From NCBI GenBank assembly GCA_030765185.1, contig JAVCDE010000033.1:10957-74956 (forward strand): DNA of 64,000 bases, written 5' to 3'. Origin of the DNA: Candidatus Aceula meridiana. Its GTDB lineage: Bacteria; Omnitrophota; Gorgyraeia; Zapsychrales; Aceulaceae. A program made the position numbers and the translations under genes. The notes under the pieces are model-generated. The model worked only from the letters and a program-made list of their open reading frames with translations, was not told the origin of the DNA and did no database searches. Positions 56,666-64,000 of the stretch are shown in pieces; position 1 is the stretch's first letter, and every line of letters begins with the position of its first letter.

Positions 56666-57310
56666 TTATTCGTATCTTATGTCGTCTAAATAAAAAGTAC
56701 AGCTCTCTGGGTTAACATCAACGTTAGTAGACCATGAGAACCCTCCGCTGACATATGTTAGATCTTTACCTCTTAGATCAATAGAATACTCTTTCCATTC
56801 ATTTGTCAAAATGACGGGCCCGATAAAAGCTGAATCGGTATCCGGATAGTCTCCCGTAACCCCACCCATTTTAATCTCTTCAATTCTCTCGCCGCCTTTT
56901 TCGCCTTTGGCCCAAAAAGTTAGCTTCGTTGCGCCATTGAGATTATAGCCACCTTTTCGGCTTCCCCAATTATGCGCGGGATTCTGCCAATAAATTCCGG
57001 CCCAGCGTGCACTTTCTCTTGAGCATTCAACATCGTAAATAACCTTGATACATGTCCTTTCCGAATGACAACTTTCCTGCCAACGGTCATTAAAATCGAG
57101 GCACTGTCCGTCGGGCATAAATCCCGATGGGATATAGTGATTGTCTCTGGACCCAATATTTGTATAAATAGGAAACGCCTTAAACTGAGTTTCTTCTTGT
57201 TGGTTGGAAGATGATTGATTTTCTTGATTGGATTTCTGCATGCACCCTGCAAAAATAACAAAAAGAACGCAGAGCCCCACCAGCCCTTTTTTCATTTGAT
57301 CCCCTTTCAA
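56666..57310 (-). CDS. Lipoprotein with Cys-rich putative carbohydrate-binding domain
   Basis: Lipobox FAGC. Five further Cys, and an aromatic-rich beta-sandwich-like C-terminus (WAGIYWQNPAHNWG...TFYLDDIRYE). It sits inside the sugar-utilisation locus. Confidence 0.4.
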   Translation of the reverse strand: MKGDQMKKGLVGLCVLFVIFAGCMQKSNQENQSSSNQQEETQFKAFPIYTNIGSRDNHYIPSGFMPDGQCLDFNDRWQESCHSERTCIKVIYDVECSRESARWAGIYWQNPAHNWGSRKGGYNLNGATKLTFWAKGEKGGERIEEIKMGGVTGDYPDTDSAFIGPVILTNEWKEYSIDLRGKDLTYVSGGFSWSTNVDVNPESCTFYLDDIRYE

Positions 57311-57369
57311 ATCCTTAGAATTTTAGCGGTTATAAGAAAAGAGTCCCCGTGAACATAAAAGAGGGACTG

Positions 57370-57396
57370 GTGTCCGCTGCTAGTGGCAGCGGACAC
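57370..57396 (-). terminator. Intrinsic terminator after the triple-repeat gene
   Basis: A perfect 11-bp stem gtgtccgctgc-tagt-ggcagcggacac. The minus-strand RNA is then followed by ..CCCUCUUUUAUG. Confidence 0.55.
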
Positions 57397-57401
57397 TCGA
57401 A

Positions 57402-58649
57402 TTACATTTCGTCTAGTTCTTGCACTCTTTGCTCAGCAGCTTGAGCCGGTTTCCAAAACCAGCCGTTTGCATCCCAGCATTGTGCATAAAAATATTCATT
57501 CATAACTTTGTTGAATGCTTTTTTAGCCTCAGGGACCATACCAGCTTTTTTATAAGCTTCGCCTTGAATAAAATAACATGTTCCGACATCATTTAAAGCC
57601 CAATAAGAAAAAATTTCTTCATTGGTTTCCCACGCATATTCCGTAAGAGAGGCCTGCATCTCTTTAGCTTTTTCTTCATAAATCTTAAGACATTTATTGG
57701 TATATGTTAAGACGAGATCTAAATCATCTTTATTTAACGCTTCCCATGCCTTTGTTGTTAAAGTTGCTGAAGAAGAATCGCCAAAATCAACATCAACTCC
57801 GGATTCGATAGCGTCAAGTTTTTCTTGCGCAGCTTCTGCCGGCTTCCAGAACCATCCGCCATTATCCCAACATTGTCCATAGGTGTATTCATCAACTAGT
57901 TTCTGATAAGTCTCTTTAGTTTCATCCATCATATCAGCCTTGCGATAGGCTTCAGCCTGAACAAAAAGAGAGGTCGCCACATCGTTTAAGGCCCACATCT
58001 TGAAAATTTCTTCCTTTTCTCCTTCAACATAGCCTTCTAGAGATGCCTGCATCTCTTTGGCTTTCTCGCTATATAGATCTAAACATTTGTTCACGTAGGT
58101 AGAAACAAGATCTACATCACCAGCATTTAATGCTTCCCAAGCTTTTGTGGTAAGCGTTGCTGAAGAAGAATCACCAAAATCAACATCAATTCCCGCCTCA
58201 ATCGCATCTAATCTTTCTTGCGCAGCTTCTGCCGGCTTCCAAAACCATCCGCCAACATCCCATGTTTGACCATAGGTATATTCATCAACTAATTTCTGAT
58301 AAGTCTCCTTGGCTTCATCCATCATGTTGGCTTTGCGATAGGCCTCAGCTTGAATAAAAAGGCAAGTGGCCACATCATTTAAGGCCCACATTTTAAAAAT
58401 ATCATCTTTTTCCCCTTCAACATAACCCTCTAGAGATGCCTGCATTTTTTTTGCTTGTGCGCCATAAAGTTCAATACACTTATTTGTGTATGCTAAAACA
58501 GCCTCAATATCACCTGAATTCAAGGCATCCCATCCCTTTGTTGCTAGCGTAACAGAACGATAATCGCCAAAATTATACGCGCTGGCAATCATGGGACTCG
58601 CAAGCCCAATTCCAAGCACAAGCAAAGCAGTAATTAAAACTCTTTTCAT
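57402..58649 (-). CDS. Secreted protein made of three tandem copies of a ~131-aa helical domain (ALNDVAT / WD-GW-WKPAEAAQE motifs)
   Basis: Signal peptide, then three units of about 131 aa, each containing TLTTKAWEALN..., FKMWALNDVAT, YTYGQ.WD.GGWFWKPAEAAQE.LDAIE and DVDFGDSSSA. The DNA units are 393 bp long with about 85% identity. Confidence 0.7.
   Translation of the reverse strand: MKRVLITALLVLGIGLASPMIASAYNFGDYRSVTLATKGWDALNSGDIEAVLAYTNKCIELYGAQAKKMQASLEGYVEGEKDDIFKMWALNDVATCLFIQAEAYRKANMMDEAKETYQKLVDEYTYGQTWDVGGWFWKPAEAAQERLDAIEAGIDVDFGDSSSATLTTKAWEALNAGDVDLVSTYVNKCLDLYSEKAKEMQASLEGYVEGEKEEIFKMWALNDVATSLFVQAEAYRKADMMDETKETYQKLVDEYTYGQCWDNGGWFWKPAEAAQEKLDAIESGVDVDFGDSSSATLTTKAWEALNKDDLDLVLTYTNKCLKIYEEKAKEMQASLTEYAWETNEEIFSYWALNDVGTCYFIQGEAYKKAGMVPEAKKAFNKVMNEYFYAQCWDANGWFWKPAQAAEQRVQELDEM
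57441..58620. repeat. 3 x 393-bp in-frame tandem DNA repeat within the CDS
   Basis: The anchor sequence gccggcttccaraaccatccgcc recurs at 57838 and 58231, and in diverged form at 57445. The period is 393 bp. Confidence 0.75.
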
Positions 58650-58767
58650 TTTCCTACCTCCCTTTATCTTGTTTGATTAATTGATTAATATTTATTATTC
58701 TCCATTTGCCATGAATTGTAAGTATAGCATGCTTATCGACCTTTTGCCGAGAATTTAAAAAGTCCTG

Positions 58768-61089
58768 TTACGGATTCCAAACTCCCTGATAATAGTAATA
58801 AGCCTTGCGTAATTGCCTCATAAATGGACTAAAACTACCATTTCCTTGCCCTGTGATCCCAAACCACTCTTCATACATATATCCATCTGGAAAAGGCCCC
58901 TGAGCCCCAGCTGTTTTATCATGAAAACAAGGCTCATAATTCTTCCACCATTCATCAATCCACTCGAAAATAACCCCACCTAGCGCATTGCCAACACCAT
59001 CTTTTGTCCCTGAGGCATTAAACATAATATCGTCCCAGGCCCCTTTGTGGTAATCAGCCTGAGCCTGTTCAGCATCTTCACGCTCAAGAAAATTTGCATA
59101 AGCCGGACATCCATATTCTGTAATAAAAGCCGGTTTTCCGGTGGCATCGAAAACCTGCTCCCAAAATGACCCGAACCCATAATCCCCGCGATAGGCATTT
59201 GCCGTAAAAATATCCACATTGGGACAATTTTCAGCAAAAACATCTAAAAATAAACTGTCCCCATTGCACATCGCAACAGGCCGAGTATTATCAATAGTTT
59301 TGATCATTCGGGCAACTTCATCAACAAACTGATAGTAAGCTGCTGGTTTTTTGTCAGCATTACACCCTAGGCCATAATTGTTTTCATTACCTAAAAGCCA
59401 CATCAAAACAAATGGCTCATCTTTAAATTCTTCAACCATGGCACGTACAGATGCCAGCATGTTTTTCTTATGCTCAAGATTTTCGTAATCTGTTCCTTCA
59501 AACCATGTCGCTCCTGAACCCAAGGCATACTTTCCTAAAAAATCACTCATAATCGTCATGATGCCATAATTTTCATAAAGATCACGCAATACTTCTTTAG
59601 TTGGATTGTTAGGCTGTTTATAAACACGGATGGTATTGACACCCATTTCTTTTAAAAGCTGAAAATCTCCAACAACCGGTTCATCTGGATCTTTGTCGTT
59701 ATTAAAATTCTTATCGATCCAGGAGTCATACGGCCCATCAGGCTTGCCGTTATTATTAGTGTCTTCAAGCATCCAGTCTTCCATGGTGCCTTTATCCGGG
59801 CTCTGGCAAACTTTTGTAGATTGGTAGGTTATTGCCTGAATCATAAACGGCTTGCCGTCGACCTGAAGCTGCCAATGTCCTGTTTTAGAATCCTGGACCA
59901 ATTTTACCTTTTCGCCGCCAATGACCTGACTTGGATTTTTGATAAGCTTTTGAGAAGAAGGCTTGTTAAAATATTTCCTAAATTTTTCTTTAACTTTATC
60001 AATCCAAGTTTTTTTGGCGAGCGTACCCGGCCAGGTAATGACAACATCGTTAAAAATGTCGTTATCAAAACCATTGATAACTTGAATCCTTGCGCCTTCA
60101 TATTTTAGATCAAGCTCGGGATGAATATTCACTAAATGTCTAATTTTTGCAATAGCTGCCTGAGCCGGATACCATGGTGTATTCCAATAAGTTTTCCCAA
60201 CAGCTTTAGGAAAATGAACTTGAATAACGCGGTAGCATTTCAAAGCTTCATAGAGCATGTCAGCTTTCTCAAAAAGAAGTCCTAAATAAAAAAGTTTTAC
60301 GCCTTGAGGCTCTGAGGCCATCGCCCATTTATAAAATGCTACCTCAAGGTCGTCGGTGTGGACATAGTCCCAATGACTACCTTGAAGACGCCCTTCTTTT
60401 TTTAGTTGACGATAAAGCGGATCTTTTAAAACACCGGATGTGTTTGGATAAATGCCTTCGCCAATCGCTTTCATCAAGCCTGCCGGGTCATCCATTTTAT
60501 AAACATAATCTTTGGTGCCGACGTTTAAAAAACGTCCATATTCCTTATAATCTATAATATCTTCGGTCCCCGGCGTGTGCAATTTTGGCATCGTTTTTTG
60601 ACCACGGTCCACTTGCTCAACCTGAGTTTCCTCGTAACGCCCTTCAAGCTTATCTAAACTTGCCTGACTTTTTTCAGCAATCGACCAATACCATCCTCGA
60701 GGATCCCACGTTTGAGACCATGGAAAATCATCGACAATAGTGTGAAAAATTTCTTTAGCCCTATCCATTTCTCCAAGGTACATTAAGGATTCCGCATAAA
60801 TAAAATTACAGGTGGCAACGTCATTTAATGCAAAATAATCATCCTCTGTTCCTTTAGCTGGAAAATCACTCAATAAAGCCTGCTGCGCTAAGGCCTCATC
60901 CTTATAATTTTTAATGCATTCTTTGGCTAGGCGTTCAACCTCCTCAAAATTATTGCTTGATGATGCCTCCCAAGCCTTACGCACATACTCGTTAGAAGGC
61001 GAAACTTCTGCCTGCGCATTTGTGCAAATAAAATAAAATCCAAAAAATAAAATTGTTCCCAAAATGACTTTAAATAATTGTTTTTTCAT
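58768..61089 (-). CDS. Secreted clan GH-A (TIM-barrel) glycoside hydrolase with N-terminal copy of the 131-aa repeat domain
   Basis: 773 aa. Signal peptide. The N-terminal about 150 aa carry YFALNDVATCNFIYAE...QTWDPRGWYWSIAEKSQASLDKLE, which is homologous to the repeats of the neighbouring gene. Candidate acid/base in MWLLGNENNYG (NE motif) and candidate nucleophile in FITEYGCP (TEYG motif), as in GH2/GH5-type enzymes. Confidence 0.65.
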   Translation of the reverse strand: MKKQLFKVILGTILFFGFYFICTNAQAEVSPSNEYVRKAWEASSSNNFEEVERLAKECIKNYKDEALAQQALLSDFPAKGTEDDYFALNDVATCNFIYAESLMYLGEMDRAKEIFHTIVDDFPWSQTWDPRGWYWSIAEKSQASLDKLEGRYEETQVEQVDRGQKTMPKLHTPGTEDIIDYKEYGRFLNVGTKDYVYKMDDPAGLMKAIGEGIYPNTSGVLKDPLYRQLKKEGRLQGSHWDYVHTDDLEVAFYKWAMASEPQGVKLFYLGLLFEKADMLYEALKCYRVIQVHFPKAVGKTYWNTPWYPAQAAIAKIRHLVNIHPELDLKYEGARIQVINGFDNDIFNDVVITWPGTLAKKTWIDKVKEKFRKYFNKPSSQKLIKNPSQVIGGEKVKLVQDSKTGHWQLQVDGKPFMIQAITYQSTKVCQSPDKGTMEDWMLEDTNNNGKPDGPYDSWIDKNFNNDKDPDEPVVGDFQLLKEMGVNTIRVYKQPNNPTKEVLRDLYENYGIMTIMSDFLGKYALGSGATWFEGTDYENLEHKKNMLASVRAMVEEFKDEPFVLMWLLGNENNYGLGCNADKKPAAYYQFVDEVARMIKTIDNTRPVAMCNGDSLFLDVFAENCPNVDIFTANAYRGDYGFGSFWEQVFDATGKPAFITEYGCPAYANFLEREDAEQAQADYHKGAWDDIMFNASGTKDGVGNALGGVIFEWIDEWWKNYEPCFHDKTAGAQGPFPDGYMYEEWFGITGQGNGSFSPFMRQLRKAYYYYQGVWNP

Positions 61090-61928
61090 CCGGCAATAGC
61101 TCCTGCTGATAGACCTTTAATAATGTGTTTTTGCATAAACAAGTAGACTAAAATGACCGGTAATGCCGTAATAGACAAACCTGCCATCAAAAGCGGATAG
61201 TCCGTGCTATGCGACCCTTGGAAAACCATCAACCCCCTTTGTAAAGGCATCAGGTTTTTATCGTTTAAAAGAAGTGTTGCTAAAATATATTCATTCCAAA
61301 CATTCAGCGTGTTAAAAATAACAATAACCGCAATCGCGGGCCTTGCCAAAGGCAACGCCACGTGACGCCAAATGCCCAACTTCGAACATCCATCCATGCG
61401 CGCGGCATCTTCTAAGGCCGGCGACATTTTGTCAAAAAATGTTTTAAGAATGTAGATGCTTAGAGAAAGGCCTACATTAATCATGCAAAGAATATATCCG
61501 ATGCGCGTATTCGCCAAATGAAGCTTGTTCATCAAAACATAGAGCGGAACGAAACTTCCCGGCAAGGGAATCATCATAGCAGCTAAAAACATATAAAAGA
61601 AAAAATTCTTCCCCGGAAAATCTAGACGAGAAAACGCATAAGCCGCCAAAGAAGCAACCATCACAATACCAAAAACAACGCTAACAGTGTAAATCACGCT
61701 GTTGATAAAATACATTCCAAAGCCACCTTTAGTCCACGCTAGATAAAAATTCTCAAAATGAATACTCGCCGGAATAAGGGCCTTATCAACAAACACTGTT
61801 TCATTAGTCATTAACGCTGAACGAAACATCCAGATAAGGGGAAAAAGACATGTTATGGCAACAGCCATCAAAAGCGTATGCAAAAATATCGATTGAATGA
61901 CACTTTTTGCTTTAAAGCGATTTAGCAT
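61086..61928 (-). CDS. Carbohydrate ABC transporter permease (MalG-like)
   Basis: 280 aa with 6 TM segments and an EAA-like loop (LEDAARMDGCSKLGIWRHVALPLARP). ATGA overlap with the GH gene. Confidence 0.85.
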   Translation of the reverse strand: MLNRFKAKSVIQSIFLHTLLMAVAITCLFPLIWMFRSALMTNETVFVDKALIPASIHFENFYLAWTKGGFGMYFINSVIYTVSVVFGIVMVASLAAYAFSRLDFPGKNFFFYMFLAAMMIPLPGSFVPLYVLMNKLHLANTRIGYILCMINVGLSLSIYILKTFFDKMSPALEDAARMDGCSKLGIWRHVALPLARPAIAVIVIFNTLNVWNEYILATLLLNDKNLMPLQRGLMVFQGSHSTDYPLLMAGLSITALPVILVYLFMQKHIIKGLSAGAIAG

Positions 61929-61938
61929 AAACTTGTCC

Positions 61939-62874
61939 CTACCTTGCCTCGTCTTGTTTAAATCTTTTTGAAATTTTGTTTAACGTAAATGAGCTAACAA
62001 TCAAAATAAAACCAAAAACAATGCCCTGTGCACAAGCATAACCAAAACGGCTTAACCCTGTCATGGAAAGTAAAATGCGCGTAACCGGGACTTCTGTGTG
62101 ATACACTAGCCCTTGTCCCACCATCGAAAGCACAAGAACAAAAACCTGCATTGAACCTAAAATCGTCAAAATCATCACCATAAGAAATACCGGAACCATC
62201 ATCGGAATCGTGATGTCTTTAAGCGTGCGAAATGGCCCTGCTCCGTCAACGCGGGCAGCCTCATAAAGTTGCCGGTCTATGGTTTGCAGCCCGGCAAGCA
62301 TAATGATAAATCCCCAGCCAAAGCCTTTCCAGCTATGAACCAAGGCAATACACGTCAAAGCGGTCTTAGGGTCAGAGAGCCAATTATGCACCAAATGATT
62401 CAAATGAGCTTTTGTCAAAAAAAAGTTTAAAAGCCCTATAGGCTCGCCCGATTGAATTCCAGAGTGCAAAATCCACTGCCAGATTAAACCAACAACAACT
62501 TCGGATAAAACCGGCGGTAGATAAAAAACAACACGATAAAATTTACGTGCGCGGATATCACGATCGCAGGACAGCGCCAAACCAAAGGCCAAAGCGTTTT
62601 GAAAGATCAGAGCAATCAAGGTAATGTAGCCGGCATGCCACATCGAAGTCCACCACACCTTGTCTTGCATAATTTCTTTAAAATTACCAAGCCCTATAAA
62701 TGTACGGGTCAAACCTATTCCATCCCATTCGTGAAAAGATAAGTTAAGAATTTCATAAAAAGGATAAATATAAAAAACAGCAAAAATAGCAACAGCAGGA
62801 AAGATAAAAAGATAATTCTCTGCGGTGCCTTTAAACTCTAAAAAAGAAAACCTTTTTGCTTTTGTTTCAGCCAT
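61939..62874 (-). CDS. Carbohydrate ABC transporter permease (MalF-like)
   Basis: 311 aa. EAA motif YEAARVDGAGPFRTLKDITIPMM. Confidence 0.85.
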   Translation of the reverse strand: MAETKAKRFSFLEFKGTAENYLFIFPAVAIFAVFYIYPFYEILNLSFHEWDGIGLTRTFIGLGNFKEIMQDKVWWTSMWHAGYITLIALIFQNALAFGLALSCDRDIRARKFYRVVFYLPPVLSEVVVGLIWQWILHSGIQSGEPIGLLNFFLTKAHLNHLVHNWLSDPKTALTCIALVHSWKGFGWGFIIMLAGLQTIDRQLYEAARVDGAGPFRTLKDITIPMMVPVFLMVMILTILGSMQVFVLVLSMVGQGLVYHTEVPVTRILLSMTGLSRFGYACAQGIVFGFILIVSSFTLNKISKRFKQDEAR

Positions 62875-64000
62875 TATCTTCGGTTTTTTGCTCTTTCGAG
62901 TTGACGAATTTTTATCCTCTGAACTTCTTCTGCCGCCTGTTCAGGACTTCTCTCCCCTATACTTATAGACTGTATTTCTTTGCCAAAAGTTTCAGTCACA
63001 AGAGGATCTTCATTATATTTCCAGGTGGATGGATGCGTTATATCATCCATTGCAGACGCAAACTGGGAAAGAATTTCCGGAATCGAAGACAACGCATGTC
63101 GATTAGATGGCAAATTTTTTGTCTCCGCCGATAAAAAGACCTGTTGCCTTTCTGAAGTGAGCCATTTCAAGAAATCAATCGCTTTATCTTTTTTCTTCGA
63201 AGAATTATTGACCATAAACGAAGATCCGGCTGCACCCCAAATTCTCATCGGAAGATTAGGGTTAACTTTTGGCGGAAGCATCGCACCATATTCAAGGTCT
63301 GGATTCATGCCATTGTAAACATTGACACACCAGGAACCATTAAAAGCAAATGCCGCACGCTCGAGGGCAAAATCTTGTTCGGCATATTTGTTGTTTTTGG
63401 TTACAATACCCTTAAAAAGCGCGTCGCTATCCCGTAGTCTTTCAAAAATTCTAAAAACCTCGACCCAATCATTATCTGTGTAAGGAACTTCTCCACGATA
63501 AGTTGCCATGATTTTTTCTTCGCCCATGATATTAAAAGCGTAATTTGAGGCAAAACAATCAAGTAGCCACAGCTCGCCCCATCCAGAGATCAAACCGTCA
63601 ACACCAATACGACGTAAAGCATGAATGTCTTCAATAAATTCATCAAATGTTCTTGGCGGCCTTCCAATACCAGCTTTTTTCAAAAGCTTCTCGTTATAAA
63701 GCATTTGAATATTCATAACATCAATCGGAACTCCATAAATGCCCGGCTTAACACTGTATATGTTTCCTTCTTCAAACCGATTTACATTAAGAGCCTTGGC
63801 AAACAAGCTCTTTTCCCAGATCCCTTCATTTTTCTGAAACTCCTCTGTCAAGTCGGCAACAAATCCGCTTTTAACAAAAACGGCAAATTTTTCTTTTTCT
63901 TTTAGAATTCCATAGATATCAGGAAGGACACGGGCTTGGGCTGCGGCAATGATTTTTTGTGAATACGCATCTGAAGGGGCATAAAGTTCAAATTTAACTT
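62874..64000 (-). CDS. ABC transporter sugar-binding protein, 5'-partial (continues beyond the window end)
   Basis: The frame stays open from 62874 to the window edge (my translation: ..VKFELYAPSDAYSQKIIAAAQARVLPDIYGILKEKEKFAVFVKSGFVADLTEEFQKNEGIWEKS..). The ORF-track 'M' at 63851 is an internal TTG codon, not the real start. The fold is that of a family-1 solute-binding protein. Confidence 0.7.
   Translation of the reverse strand, partial: VKFELYAPSDAYSQKIIAAAQARVLPDIYGILKEKEKFAVFVKSGFVADLTEEFQKNEGIWEKSLFAKALNVNRFEEGNIYSVKPGIYGVPIDVMNIQMLYNEKLLKKAGIGRPPRTFDEFIEDIHALRRIGVDGLISGWGELWLLDCFASNYAFNIMGEEKIMATYRGEVPYTDNDWVEVFRIFERLRDSDALFKGIVTKNNKYAEQDFALERAAFAFNGSWCVNVYNGMNPDLEYGAMLPPKVNPNLPMRIWGAAGSSFMVNNSSKKKDKAIDFLKWLTSERQQVFLSAETKNLPSNRHALSSIPEILSQFASAMDDITHPSTWKYNEDPLVTETFGKEIQSISIGERSPEQAAEEVQRIKIRQLERAKNRR

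Noticed and set aside
58650-58767. Possible LacI-type operator (8-bp palindrome AGCATGCT inside gtaagtatagcatgcttatcg) upstream of the repeat-protein gene
   Set aside because: The palindrome is too short and imperfect on extension to be called an operator without comparative data. It could arise by chance in AT-rich DNA.
1-64000. CRISPR arrays, integrases, transposases, phage genes
   Set aside because: No regularly spaced short direct repeats. No tyrosine or serine recombinase, DDE transposase, or phage structural motifs in any frame. The only insertion footprint is the purN 3' duplication, which has no mobility gene.

Overview
The 64 kb window comes from a low-GC (~40%) diderm bacterium that is probably anaerobic. 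Diderm markers are Lnt, an LpxL-like acyltransferase, an LptE-like lipoprotein, MurJ and a TPR BamD/YbgF-like protein. Anaerobic markers are ThiH-type thiazole synthesis, a membrane pyrophosphatase and NifX-like/ferredoxin-ATPase genes. About 60 genes are packed on the minus strand; only rpsT and one membrane gene lie on the plus strand. Recognisable core genes are def, purN, secA, lnt, prfB, pilT, ogt, uvrC, murJ, rpsT, holA-like, thiFHGSE (behind a TPP riboswitch), comEA/comEC, a UvrD-like helicase, leuS, mnmG, hppA, and a tRNA-Thr / SRP-RNA / tRNA-Phe cluster. Four regions look most worth following up. (1) A tightly coupled, apparently Fur-box-controlled ten-gene operon: fur, DUF5320, two NifX-like genes, a SAM methyltransferase, two MinD/ParA ATPases with inserted 2x[4Fe-4S] ferredoxin domains, Mrp/ApbC, a radical SAM gene and def. 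It looks like an uncharacterised metallocluster carrier/maturation system. (2) An FG-GAP beta-propeller gene followed by a degenerate duplicate of the purN 3' end, which suggests an insertion. (3) A sugar-utilisation locus (LacI, a coiled-coil protein, a lipoprotein, a protein made of three ~131-aa tandem repeats, a clan GH-A hydrolase carrying one copy of the same repeat domain at its N-terminus, and ABC sugar transporter genes). (4) An EndoQ-like nuclease next to a UvrD-like helicase. Also noted are a small repeat family (two copies inside the thi operon, one next to endoQ) and several intrinsic terminators. No CRISPR array, integrase or transposase was seen.
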